64,000 nucleotides of DNA from Eledone cirrhosa (Eukaryota): the NCBI GenBank assembly GCA_964016885.1, contig OZ024743.1, positions 14,322,001 through 14,386,000 of the forward strand, written 5' to 3'. A program made the position numbers and the translations under genes. Under the pieces are notes generated by a model. That model saw nothing but the letters and a program-made list of their open reading frames with translations, had not been told where the DNA came from and ran no database searches. This document shows, in pieces, positions 12,401 to 27,465 of this stretch (the stretch's first letter is position 1; each line of letters begins with the position of its first letter).

Positions 12401-15225
12401 CCTTGTCTGGCTTTCTGGAGAATAGAGGAAAGGTGTTTCCTCAAAAACCAGTATGACTCTAAAAACCGGTTTGTCTGTGTGTTTACATACAGAATAGCTG
12501 GCCACTCACAGTAAAGTGATCAGTGAAAAAAAACTTGGTACATCTACATATGTATACGTGTGTGTATTCATATACATACTAGTATTTCAGTTTACATATA
12601 TGGATGTACATCTTTGACTTAACTGTTTGAGCGTCAGTCATACAAAAGTGAGTTACAAACGAAACGAAATTTAATTTCGTTTCGTTATTTGTTTTTATCG
12701 TCTCCGTTGAACCGGTACTTACTCACACTCTATGCAAGTTGGTCTGCCCACTACTAATTTTCATAGAAAAAGCATATAGCGATATGTGCTTTTACGATTC
12801 TCTAGAGAGGCCGGAAGATAGGTAAATATTGCTGATGAGTTGTAACAACAACGAAACTAGTTCAATATTCCTTGTCTGGCTTTCTGGAGAATAGAGGAAA
12901 GGTGTTTCCTCAAAAACCAGTATGACTCTAAAAACCGGTTTGTCTGTGTGTTTACATACAGAATAGCTGGCCACTCACAGTAAAGTGATCAGTGAAAAAA
13001 AAACTTGGTACATCTACATATGTATACGTGTGTGTATTCATATACATACTAGTATTTCAGTTTACATATATGGATGTACATCTTTGACTTAACTGTTTGA
13101 GCGTCAGTCATACAAAAGTGAGTTACAAACGAAACGAAATTTAATTTCGTTTCGTTATTTGTTTTTATCGTCTCCGTTGAACCGGTACTTACTCACACTC
13201 TATGCAAGTTGGTCTGCCCACTACTAATTTTCATAGAAAAAGCATATAGCGATATGTGCTTTTACGATTCTCTAGAGAGGCCGGAAGATAGGTAAATATT
13301 GCTGATGAGTTGTAACAACAACGAAACTAGTTCAATATTCCTTGTCTGGCTTTCTGGAGAATAGAGGAAAGGTGTTTCCTCAAAAACCAGTATGACTCTA
13401 AAAACCGGTTTGTCTGTGTGTTTACATACAGAATAGCTGGCCACTCACAGTAAAGTGATCAGTGAAAAAAAACTTGGTACATCTACATATGTATACGTGT
13501 GTGTATTCATATACATACTAGTATTTCAGTTTACATATATGGATGTACATCTTTGACTTAACTGTTTGAGCGTCAGTCATACAAAAGTGAGTTACAAACG
13601 AAACGAAATTTAATTTCGTTTCGTTATTTGTTTTTATCGTCTCCGTTGAACCGGTACTTACTCACACTCTATGCAAGTTGGTCTGCCCACTACTAATTTT
13701 CATAGAAAAAGCATATAGCGATATGTGCTTTTACGATTCTCTAGAGAGGCCGGAAGATAGGTAAATATTGCTGATGAGTTGTAACAACAACGAAACTAGT
13801 TCAATATTCCTTGTCTGGCTTTCTGGAGAATAGAGGAAAGGTGTTTCCTCAAAAACCAGTATGACTCTAAAAACCGGTTTGTCTGTGTGTTTACATACAG
13901 AATAGCTGGCCACTCACAGTAAAGTGATCAGTGAAAAAAAACTTGGTACATCTACATATGTATACGTGTGTGTATTCATATACATACTAGTATTTCAGTT
14001 TACATATATGGATGTACATCTTTGACTTAACTGTTTGAGCGTCAGTCATACAAAAGTGAGTTACAAACGAAACGAAATTTAATTTCGTTTCGTTATTTGT
14101 TTTTATCGTCTCCGTTGAACCGGTACTTACTCACACTCTATGCAAGTTGGTCTGCCCACTACTAATTTTCATAGAAAAAGCATATAGCGATATGTGCTTT
14201 TACGATTCTCTAGAGAGGCCGGAAGATAGGTAAATATTGCTGATGAGTTGTAACAACAACGAAACTAGTTCAATATTCCTTGTCTGGCTTTCTGGAGAAT
14301 AGAGGAAAGGTGTTTCCTCAAAAACCAGTATGACTCTAAAAACCGGTTTGTCTGTGTGTTTACATACAGAATAGCTGGCCACTCACAGTAAAGTGATCAG
14401 TGAAAAAAAACTTGGTACATCTACATATGTATACGTGTGTGTATTCATATACATACTAGTATTTCAGTTTACATATATGGATGTACATCTTTGACTTAAC
14501 TGTTTGAGCGTCAGTCATACAAAAGTGAGTTACAAACGAAACGAAATTTAATTTCGTTTCGTTATTTGTTTTTATCGTCTCCGTTGAACCGGTACTTACT
14601 CACACTCTATGCAAGTTGGTCTGCCCACTACTAATTTTCATAGAAAAAGCATATAGCGATATGTGCTTTTACGATTCTCTAGAGAGGCCGGAAGATAGGT
14701 AAATATTGCTGATGAGTTGTAACAACAACGAAACTAGTTCAATATTCCTTGTCTGGCTTTCTGGAGAATAGAGGAAAGGTGTTTCCTCAAAAACCAGTAT
14801 GACTCTAAAAACCGGTTTGTCTGTGTGTTTACATACAGAATAGCTGGCCACTCACAGTAAAGTGATCAGTGAAAAAAAACTTGGTACATCTACATATGTA
14901 TACGTGTGTGTATTCATATACATACTAGTATTTCAGTTTACATATATGGATGTACATCTTTGACTTAACTGTTTGAGCGTCAGTCATACAAAAGTGAGTT
15001 ACAAACGAAACGAAATTTAATTTCGTTTCGTTATTTGTTTTTATATGTGTATATATATATATATATGCATATATATGTATATATGTATATATATATGAAT
15101 ATATATATATATATATATCTATATATATATATGTATATATATATATGTATATATATATGTATATATGTATATATATATGTATATATGTATATATATATGT
15201 ATATATGTATATATATATGGATATA

Positions 15226-15336
<111 letters not shown>

Positions 15337-15521
15337 GTATATATGTATATATATATGTATATATGTATATATATATATGTATATATGTATATATATACGT
15401 ATATATGCATATATATATGTATATATGTATATATATATGTATGTATATATAAATGTATATATGTATATATATATGTATATATGTATGTATATATGTATAT
15501 ATAAATGTATATATGTATATA

Positions 15522-15599
<78 letters not shown>

Positions 15600-15646
15600 C
15601 ATATATATATATATATATATCATATATATATATTATATATATATAC

Positions 15647-15681
<35 letters not shown>

Positions 15682-15889
15682 CATATATATATACATATAT
15701 ATATATAATATATATATACATATATATATATATATACATATATATATACATATATATATAATATTACATATATATATACATATAATATATTACATATATA
15801 TATACTATACATATATATACACATATATATATTACATATATATATATATACATATATATATATCATATATATACTACATATATATATAT

Positions 15890-15930
<41 letters not shown>

Positions 15931-15992
15931 GTATATATATATGTTTATATATATGTATATATATATATATGTATATATATGTATGTGTATAT

Positions 15993-16042
<50 letters not shown>

Positions 16043-16111
16043 GTGTATATATATATGTATATATATATATATATGTATATATATGTATATATATATGTGT
16101 ATATATATATG

Positions 16112-16162
<51 letters not shown>

Positions 16163-16305
16163 GTATGTATATATATATATATATATATGTGTATATATAT
16201 ATATATGTATATATATATGTATATATATATGTATATATATATATATGTATATATATGTATGTGTATATTTATATGTATGTGTATATTTATATGTATATAT
16301 ATATG

Positions 16306-16340
<35 letters not shown>

Positions 16341-16390
16341 GTATATATATATGTAATATATGTATATATATATGTATATATATATATATG

Positions 16391-16451
<61 letters not shown>

Positions 16452-16500
16452 ATGTATATATATATATATATGTGTATATATATATATGTATATATATATG

Positions 16501-16567
<67 letters not shown>

Positions 16568-16597
16568 GTATATATATATATGTAATATATGTATATA

Positions 16598-16668
<71 letters not shown>

Positions 16669-16713
16669 GTATATATATATGTATATATGTATATATATAT
16701 GTATATATGCATA

Positions 16714-17325
16714 TTATGTCAGGTCACCAGTTGGTGCTACTGGTAACATGTATCCCAGTACAACCTGTCTCATGGTCGGGTCGTTGGCGACTAAACTGGC
16801 AACCCCACCAAGGTTTCTTGGTGAGGAGGGTGACTTTGGACATCCTGCAGGACTAAAAACAAAACCTGTCAAAGGGCAAAGGTGCTCTTAAGAGTCAATG
16901 GCCATCCAAAATCACCGGGAGAGATGACCCCTTAGCCTTTGTCAAGGCAGAATTCTAGGAGAAGGAAAACTCTGATATAACACCTGCAACCCTGATGGTA
17001 TCCAATGATGTTGACTTGTTCTTCTTTTTGGTAAATATCATCTTGTTTAAGAGAGTGGGACTGGCTTTGTGCAGTGCCTTTGCTCACTATAAAAGCTTCA
17101 CGGCACAGGCATTGCTTTATATCTGGAGATCTCTCTGCACTTGTCGTCACATGGTACCATGGGCCCAGCACTATGTGTCAATAATTGTCAGAAGTGTAGT
17201 GTTTGTACCAGAGTTTTCAAGTCGCTGGCTGGACTAAAAAGTCACACTCCTTCAGCGCATCGGTAGGGGTTCTCCTACATGGATATAAAGTAGTGGCCGT
17301 ACTCGAAAACGAGTTGGCAGCCACC
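16714..17325 (+). mobile_element. Dispersed non-coding repeat, possibly RTE-LINE 5' UTR-derived; second copy inverted at 63706-64000
   Basis: 17011-17305 is the reverse complement of 63706-64000; ctaggagaaggaaaactctga resembles RTE 5' UTRs (recalled, not searched). Confidence 0.55.
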
Positions 17326-17450
17326 ATATATGCATATATATATGTATATATGTATATATATATGTATATATATATGTATATATGTATATATAAATGTATA
17401 TATGTATATATATATGTATATATGTATGTATATATGTATATATAAATGTA

Positions 17451-17497
<47 letters not shown>

Positions 17498-17580
17498 ATA
17501 TATATGTATATATGTATATATATATGTATATATGTATGTATATATGTATATATATATGTATATATGTATATATATATATG

Positions 17581-17620
<40 letters not shown>

Positions 17621-17658
17621 TATGTATATATATGTATATATATATGTATATATATATG

Positions 17659-17907
<249 letters not shown>

Positions 17908-17972
17908 GTATATATTTATATATGTATATATATATATGTATATATATATGTTTATATATATATATGTATATA

Positions 17973-18080
<108 letters not shown>

Positions 18081-18102
18081 CGTATATATATATGTATATA
18101 TG

Positions 18103-18137
<35 letters not shown>

Positions 18138-18150
18138 GAATATATATATG

Positions 18151-18201
<51 letters not shown>

Positions 18202-18296
18202 GTATATATATATGTAATATATGTATATATATATTTATATATGTATATATATATGTATATATATATATATGTATGTATATATATGTATATATATAT

Positions 18297-18330
<34 letters not shown>

Positions 18331-18363
18331 ATGTATATATATATATATGTGTATATATATATG

Positions 18364-18446
<83 letters not shown>

Positions 18447-18579
18447 GTATATTTATATATATATATATATGTGTATATATATATATATATGTATATATAT
18501 ATGTATATATATATGTATATATATATATATGTATATATATGTATGTGTATATTTATATGTATATATATATATATATATG

Positions 18580-19290
18580 TAGAAAGGTTTGAATGGATAC
18601 AGTTTAGTTGAAAGCAATTTATTGACACGTGTTTCTATAACAGTTACATAACCTAAAACAGCTACTATCTACAAACTTTTAGTTATGCAGACATTCAATA
18701 TTTCAATGTTATTATTTACTGTCATTTCATCAGAATAATATTACTGAGGACCTATTTAGTTTTTATAGAGAATATTAGGAGGGAGGGGTGAAGTTGTTAG
18801 AAGAATAGTTGAAGGAGTGGTTTTTCGATAGCAGTGAGAATTCTTGGTGGCAGTGAGTAATTAGATTCCCATCTGTTGTTTTGACATTTTTTATAGAATA
18901 TATTATTGGTTATTTTTCTAAATCTATAGAAGGATTAGAGATAGTAAAGATATGCGTGGTTGGTTTTGTGTTTGCACTTAATTAACATTCAGACTTAAAT
19001 TTTTCTTTCAAGTGTACGTATCCTTTCACCCACGCATTCACAAACAAATATATTTGCACACCTCTACAAAATACATATACTCACAATTCACATATTCATA
19101 CTTACATATATATACACATGCATACACATATATATACACACATGTATTCATGTACATACATACGCGCTCATGTGTATACATTTTCATACTCAACTTATCT
19201 TTATATACACACGTATAGACACACACATATATACATACATACTCTAGTCCATGTGTACACACATACACATACATACACATCTATATACAC

Positions 19291-19335
<45 letters not shown>

Positions 19336-21986
19336 ATATATATATAAGCACTTTAATACATGAATACACTTACATCTAACTATACACATCAAACATATAT
19401 ATATATTTACTTATTTATATACATTTTCACATATACATACTTATGGACGTTTTTAGACACATTCATTATCGCATATTTGCACCTATTCTCATCAGCATAT
19501 CTTTCCATTATTAGTGTGGTAATTTAAGGTTATTAATATATGTTGAGAAGAGATTGTTTTTATATTTTTCTAACTAGATTAAGGTTTATATAGTTGGGGG
19601 ATGTCCCTCTTTTATGTAATATTCGGCTTGTAGTGGGAAAAAAGGGTTTTAGTTCTGTGATGGCAGAATAATGTTCGTTCAATTCTGTTATTCAGCAGTT
19701 TCTTCTTGTGTGTGATTATGTAATAAATCTCAAGATTACACAATTTGCAGAAATTTTGGCTCCTGGAAAAGCTTTGGGTTTTAGCTAATTTCTCCCATTT
19801 TAGGGTAAACTTTTGATCGCTATCCCTGAGCGTCCAAGCTTTTTCTGCTAAAGTTGTTACATTTCTTTGGCTCTGGTGTTTTATTGAGTAAGAATGCCTA
19901 TACAATCGAGATTTAAACGATGTTGCCGTTGATCCCACGTAATACCACTCGTTGCCTCCGGATTTAATGGTACACTTATAAATAATATTTTTTTCCAGGC
20001 AGTTATTGCCGAGGGGGCAGTTGTCAGGATAGGTGCAGTTACAGTTGTGTACGTTGGGTTTTCTCTGGAGTAGTATTGCGGACGAACTTAGGTGTGGTTT
20101 ATTTATGTTCTGTGGTGTACTGTGTACTGTTTTTTTTGTGTTCTTTGTACTTAAGTTTTTAGTGTTTTCGTTTAACCTTCTAGTATTGATCTTTTTTATG
20201 TGTTGTTCAAGGTTTAACGCTGTAGAGTATGACAGTCTTATAGTGGTAGGGTTTAGGATTTTGTGGTATTTGTGTGATGTAGGAAAATGTCTTTTAATTA
20301 TTTTAAAGAAGAGTACTGGTAAATTTGTACTAATGGACCTATTGTATTCGGGGTTATACCATAAGTACTCTTTGCATCGCTTTCTATTAGTTTTGTTTGT
20401 TGGTTTACTGGTGTGCATACTATGGTAGTAAGTGTGGTTTGGTGTTGTGTTATTATATCTACCTATGTGGGATTTATTTTGGGTGTTTTGATTGTTCCCA
20501 TCTATGTACTCTATTTTGTTGAGGTAGCCTGCTTTACTAAGGGCGTTATCGTAGTACTCGGTGTGTTCCTTAAATACTTGTATGTTAGAAGATAGACCCG
20601 AGATTCTAAGGGAAATATTTTTAGGGATAGATTTAATTATAGAGATGGGGTGGTTAGACCCAACATTTACGTATTTGAGATTTTCATTCAATTTATGAAA
20701 CGGTTTAATCAAACCAGAGTTTAAATTGAGTGTGACATCCAGGAAGTTAACTACTTTAAGGTTGTATTCATATGTTATAGTTAGTCCTATTTCGAGTAGT
20801 AGTTTTCTTATATCTTTGCGTAGTTTTTCTAGTTTTTGGTTATTAAGGTTTTTAGCTAGGAGGAGAACGTCGTCGCGGTATATTCCGCCGTGGAGATTGC
20901 TGAATTTTTCCTGGAGTCTAAAGGCGATAAATAACCCCACAATATCAGTTATTTCCGCCGAATCGTTAGAGCCCATTGTTATGTCAAAGTTAGAGGGTCT
21001 ATCTTTACGTACCCAATAACTGTTCTCAAATTTGACTATAGTTTTCCTAGCTTCTAATATAATCTTAATTTCATCGTTTGTAAGGTCAGAGTTATCCTTA
21101 GCAAACTTAATGGCTCTATTCAAAGTTTCTGGTGATATCGATGAGTAATATTCATCGATATCAAACTGGATAAACTTAGATTTATTCTTATTGCTAATGC
21201 AATAAGAATAAATCTAAGTTAAACCATCTTATTGCTTCTTGGGTCTTCCCCCAGAGTTTAATGTTAACCTTAGCCTTAATTTGGGGGATGATTCTATCTA
21301 AGATATATTTGCTTATTTTACCTATATCTGATTTAGAGGGGCAGAGTAATCTAATTTTAGGGTCATTATCAAAGTTTACCTTGTGGTCCTTAAGATTGAA
21401 GGTGGGTACCGCCGGTAAGAGTGGTCCTGTCCTATCTTCGATTCCGAGATTTTTCACTATTTCGCATGCCTCATCATTGATGTGCTTAAGGGTTACTTCA
21501 CTCGTTTATCTATATTTTTTATGTAATTCTTTTCGAATGAAGTTGTTGTATGTAGTGCAATCCATAGTGTACAGGTTTGATGTTTTGTCCGCTTTTACTA
21601 CAATTCCTTTGGTGTTTTTAAGGTCGTCCAATAGTTTTTTTATATCTTTCTGTAATTTGCTGTTGGTGTTGCGTTCTTTGAATTTAATTTTAAGGATTAA
21701 GTTCATAAGGTCCTGCTCAAATGCATCTAATAGTGGGTTGGTGGGTGGGTTTTTACAAGTCCTAAAACCGAATTTGTTGTTTACACCACTTTCTAATGTT
21801 GAGTTCATACGGCTTCTATCATAGTGGAGCGTTTTCCACCTGACACGTCGAATGAATTCATTAGTTTTTTGAATCATACTCAATAAATATTCCTTTCTAC
21901 CTTGGGTTGGTATGTTTTTGAGTGACATATCCAGGTTGTGTTTTTCCATTGTTGTGGTTGCGTTTGCTGTGTGGGTTGCTCGACTT
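18580..21986 (-). mobile_element. Near full-length Penelope-like retroelement (Naiad/Neptune-like) inserted in TA tract
   Basis: RT + GIY-YIG ORF, ~1 kb 3' UTR with degenerate HHR at 18692-18737, both ends abut TA tracts. Confidence 0.9.
19612..21949 (-). pseudogene. PLE polyprotein (RT, Cys-rich linker, GIY-YIG) with one in-frame TAA and one frameshift
   Basis: MSLKNIP, KADKT, LKDHK..F..P..RL, FIQFDI..YYSSI, FDITMGS, GIYRDD, NFLDVTLNL, CNC..CPL..CL, IIYKC..YYVGST, CKLC; TAA at 21506-21508; frameshift near 21200. Confidence 0.93.
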
Positions 21987-22037
21987 ACATATATATATAT
22001 ACATATATATATGTATATATATGTATATATATATGTG

Positions 22038-22125
<88 letters not shown>

Positions 22126-22205
22126 TGTGTATATATATATATATATGTATATATATATGTATATATATATGTATATGTATATATATGTATGTGTATACTT
22201 ATATG

Positions 22206-22272
<67 letters not shown>

Positions 22273-22406
22273 GTATATATATATGTAATATATGTATATA
22301 TATATGTATATATATATATATGTATATATATATATGTATATATATATATATGTGTATATATATATATGTATATATATGTATATATATATGTGTATATATA
22401 TATATG

Positions 22407-22496
<90 letters not shown>

Positions 22497-23063
22497 TGTG
22501 TATATATATATATATGTATATATATATGTATATATATATGTATATATATATGTATATATATATATGTATATATATGTATGTGTATATTTATATGTATAGA
22601 TATATATATGTATATATATATGTATATATATGTATATATATATATATATGTATATATATGTATATATATATATGTATATATATGTATATATATATATGTA
22701 TATATATATATGTATATATATATGTATATATATATGTATATATATATATATGTATATATATATATGTATATATATATGTATATATATATATGTATATATA
22801 TGTATATATATATATGTATATATATATATGTATATATATACGTATATATATATGTATATATATATGTATATATATATGTATATATTATGTATATATATGT
22901 ATATCTATATGTATATATTATGTATATATATATGTATATATTTTTTATTTTATAGAAGGAGCTTCTACAGGACTAGTACTGTTTCATTCAGATGAAATCT
23001 TCTGCCATGTATTGAGTACCTTACTTACTGTGGTTATCCCCGACTCAATCCGGGACCTACGTA

Positions 23064-23106
<43 letters not shown>

Positions 23107-23131
23107 GTATATATATATGTATATATATATG

Positions 23132-23166
<35 letters not shown>

Positions 23167-23453
23167 GTATATATATATGTATATATATATATGTATATAT
23201 ATATGTATATATATATGTATATATATATATGTATATATATATGTATATATATATATATGTATATATATATGTATATATATATATGTATATATATATGTTT
23301 ATATATATATGTATATATATATGTATATATATTATATGTATATATATATATATGTATATATATATATGTATATATATATATTATATGTATATATATATAT
23401 ATGTATATATATATATGTATATATATATGTATATATATATGTATATATATATG

Positions 23454-23512
<59 letters not shown>

Positions 23513-23646
23513 GCATATATGTAGGAGGTGAGTTTTATTGTAGTACAATAAAGCAATGCAGATATCGGATAAGAAGCACTCTACAGTTTGTGGGACTGGA
23601 GTATGCATAATATAAGATCAAAAGATGGTTACAGGAGTTCCATATA

Positions 23647-23713
23647 TTTTATTATGCGCATTTCAAAAACAAATATGATCAAGCAATAATATTTGTGTTT
23701 TCATCAGATAAAA
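23647..23713 (-). ncRNA. Type I HHR (mirror copy)
   Basis: Reverse complement of 24207-24273 with a stem II substitution. Confidence 0.8.
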
Positions 23714-24206
23714 CAGGAGAACATGATATGAAGGCTAAAAAACACTTGTGGATAGTGCAGTTTTAAATCAACATATGAAAAGTGGTTTTAGATTGATGTG
23801 TGATATTGGGAAAAATATTTTATTTAGAGAGGGGGGGGGATGAAAGGGGAGGAGATGAGAGGCAGAGATGGGTGATAGAGAGAAAGAGATAGTTTTTATA
23901 ACTGAGAGGAGATATATTTTTTACATAGAGAGGTTGAAAACCGTTGGAAGATACTGTATAAATATACAGTATCTTCCAACGGTTTTCAACCTCTCTATGT
24001 AAAAAATATATCTCTTCTCAGTTATAAAAACTATCTCTTTCTCTCTATCACCCATCTCTCCCTCTCATCTCCTCCCCTTTCATCCCCCCTCTCTAAATAA
24101 AATATTTTTCCCAATATCACACATCAATCTAAAACCACTTTTCATATGTTGATTTAAAACTGCACTATCCACAAGTGTTTTTTAGCCTTCATATCATGTT
24201 CTCCTG

Positions 24207-24273
24207 TTTTATCTGATGAAAACACAAATATTATTGCTTGATGATATTTGTTTTTGAAATGCGCATAATAAAA
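24207..24273 (+). ncRNA. Type I HHR with palindromic stem III
   Basis: ttttat-CUGAUGA-~16-bp stem II-GAAA-tgcgca-UA-ataaaa; ATGCGCAT palindrome; cleavage AUA after 24267. Confidence 0.87.
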
Positions 24274-24319
24274 TATATGGAACTCCTTTAACCATCTTTT
24301 GATCTTATATTATATATGC

Positions 24320-24451
<132 letters not shown>

Positions 24452-24592
24452 GTATATATATATACATATATATATGTATATATATATATGTATATATATA
24501 TGTATATATATGTATATATATATATGTATATATATATATGTATATATATGTATATATATATATGTATATATATATATGTATATATATATATG

Positions 24593-24638
<46 letters not shown>

Positions 24639-24712
24639 CATATATATATGTATATATATATATATGTATATATATATATGTACATATATATATATATGTA
24701 TATATATTTATG

Positions 24713-24765
<53 letters not shown>

Positions 24766-24768
24766 GTG

Positions 24769-24821
<53 letters not shown>

Positions 24822-24860
24822 GTATATATATGTATATATATATGTATATATATATATATG

Positions 24861-24925
<65 letters not shown>

Positions 24926-24972
24926 GTATATATATATATGTATATATATGTATATATATATGTATATATATG

Positions 24973-25025
<53 letters not shown>

Positions 25026-25196
25026 GTATATATATGTATATATATATATATATATATAATATATGTGTATATATATATATATATGTAGAGAATATTGAGG
25101 TTGGTAATGGCACATGGAATATATAGGAGACAGAATACTTTTTTGTGAAAAAACATATAATTTTATAAGGTAAGGAAATAATAAAGGGTATATATA

Positions 25197-25238
25197 ATGA
25201 CCGGTTTCGATGGGTCTGCAAAAGCCATCTTTTCAAAT
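25197..25238 (-). ncRNA. Degenerate HHR
   Basis: TTGAAAA-gatgg..ccatc-GAAA-ccgg-UC; stem II and palindromic ACCGGT intact, core and stem I decayed. Confidence 0.45.
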
Positions 25239-25692
25239 GTTGATTAATATTAAGAAAAATTAATAATAAGAAGAGTTAAAATTTGAGATTTGAAAATTCA
25301 AGTATAAAATTCATTGTGGGATTTCATAGTAGTTTTCATCTTGGTCGCCGCAAGTTGACTGCTGTGTGCCTTTCTGGTAGTGAATGAGAAGTTATTTGGG
25401 GGTGTGGGTTATTTTAAAAGGTCAGATTTAGCAATGGCCAGATGGCCAGCTGCTGGTCAGTGAGGGAGTGGAAGCAATATACATACATATATCTCCCTGT
25501 GGTCGGTATGAGAGGGGAGATTGATAGAAAGGGATTTAGTGCACTTACACCTATATATACACACATACCTTCATCCACACATACATACATATACATATAC
25601 ATACACACACATATATATATATACATATACACACATACATACACACACACATACATATACATACACACGTACACACACACATATATGCATAT

Positions 25693-25737
<45 letters not shown>

Positions 25738-25778
25738 TATATATATATATACATACATACACATACATCCAGATACAC

Positions 25779-25827
<49 letters not shown>

Positions 25828-26221
25828 CACATACGCATACATCCAGATACACACATACATACACACACACACACATGCACACACAATACATACATCCACA
25901 TGCACACACATACACACATACACACACATATACACATACATACACCCACACACATAGAAATGGCCTCCAAATATATATACATACATACACATATTTTTTC
26001 AATAATATAAGAAGTTAGGACAGTGAAATTAAAATACAAGTCATTCTGATCACATTGAGTTCTTCATGTAGATTGGGCCCCGCAACCGACAGTGGTGAAT
26101 TCTGTGTGCGCATATATATATATAGATATATATTGCTTTTGCAATCTTCAGGTTCATTTCAGTGGTGACAGACAAGTTTGCAAATTTCGAAAATTGCAAA
26201 CTTGACTGTCACCACTGAATA

Positions 26222-26260
26222 TGAACCTGAAGATTGCGAAAGCATGAAAGTACTTGTTCA
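26222..26260 (+). ncRNA. Minimal type I HHR within a small fold-back (26134-26244)
   Basis: tgaac-CUGAAGA-t-tgc(gaaa)gca-t-GAAA-g-ta-c-UU-gttca; AAGTACTT palindrome. Confidence 0.82.
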
Positions 26261-26364
26261 ATTAATATTTAATATTCTACCATACTATTTCATTGTAATA
26301 TCATTATAATTTTAAAGGATTGTAAATAAAACGAGTTAATCAAACAAAGTTGGAATTCCTTTTA

Positions 26365-26463
<99 letters not shown>

Positions 26464-27250
26464 AGTGAGTGAGAGAGAGAAAAATAGAGATGGAAAAATA
26501 CCACGAGTACAAAGTTTACTGTTTGTAAATTGCTGGTGAATAACTTATCGTCAGTCTCTCCTTTGAATACTGTAGATTTTTTTATCTGTACAAATATCAT
26601 ATTCAGTATTTTTAAAAATCGTATCTATATTGCCATGTTTATTTTAGATTTCCATTGAATAAGCAACTGATTAGGGCCGAATAGTTTTCCTGACCTCAAA
26701 TTATGGGGATGAATATTCTTCGGAGTCCTATTTGCCAACACTGATATATATCATCATCATAAATCAAACTAATATATATAATTTCTATGTGGAATGTGTC
26801 CTTCTCAAGTTTAGCGGCTGACATGGAATACATTTTTATTGGCATGTCGTTGATCGAATGGTATTAATGTGGACTCTTAATTTAAAGATTACAACTCATA
26901 TGTATATATCTCGTGCTTATTTTAGCTATTATGTGAGGTGGATTAAGGAGGTTCGAAGAGGGTTTTCTTTTGTTTAAACATAGATATTTATCGGTACTTT
27001 CAATGGCATGCTTTTAGTGAATATATTAAACCATTTCAAGATTATGTTGCTTAACTAATATTCATAGATATCTTAGATTAAGTGTAACTTTTTCTTTATG
27101 CATTGGAATGTGAATTGTATTAAAATGGAATTTTTACCTTGTTCAGGAAACCTATATCAAACGATGTTATATTATTTATTATATTTCACCAAAAATGTAG
27201 CAACACTAATACAAAACCATGTATTTTTTCTATTTATTACTTTTTTTTAG

Positions 27251-27465
27251 GCTGGAAGGTTTATGGCTTGGCAGAATCGGTAGAGCTTCAGACAACAGGC
27301 TTTGTGGCATATGATGATGTCCTTTTATATTCAGGGTTTAAATCCAGCCGAGGTGAACTTTACTTTTCATAATTATGGAGTTGATAATATAACGTCCGCA
27401 AGAGGCACAAATTATAAGATGTTCTCCTTACTTAGAATCTGCTGGTCATGTGCCAAATGTGGAAA
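27251..27465 (+). mobile_element. Old degenerate tRNA-derived SINE
   Basis: tggcagaatcggtagag (A box), gggtttaaatccagccgagg (B box), tail gctggtcatgtgccaaatgtggaaacaattat. Confidence 0.65.

Larger units (their letters stand above)
11779..15044 (+). mobile_element. Non-LTR retrozyme-like array: one inverted unit (11779-12200) plus six tandem 469/470-bp units, each with an HHR
   Basis: Identical 60-aa spurious ORF recurs at 469/470-bp spacing; HHR in every unit; TA tracts on both sides. Confidence 0.9.
23521..24313. mobile_element. Fold-back element, ~350-bp arms, HHR in each arm
   Basis: 23607-23960 inverted against 23963-24313; fragments of the family at 11527-11586 and 44945-45035. Confidence 0.9.

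Noticed and set aside
11901-14851. Repeated 60-aa ORF MASYSVCK..
   Set aside because: GTG start, antisense to the HHR, no recognisable motif; a by-product of the repeat
12200-15044. CRISPR array or plain satellite
   Set aside because: No unique spacers and eukaryotic context; one HHR per unit explains it better
18692-18737. Active HHR in the PLE 3' UTR (- strand)
   Set aside because: CUGAUGA, stem II and GAAA are present but the cleavage-site base would be G and stem I is weak; treated as decayed
21506-21508. Selenocysteine recoding as reported for some Naiad PLEs
   Set aside because: The in-frame stop is TAA, not TGA, and no SECIS was recognised
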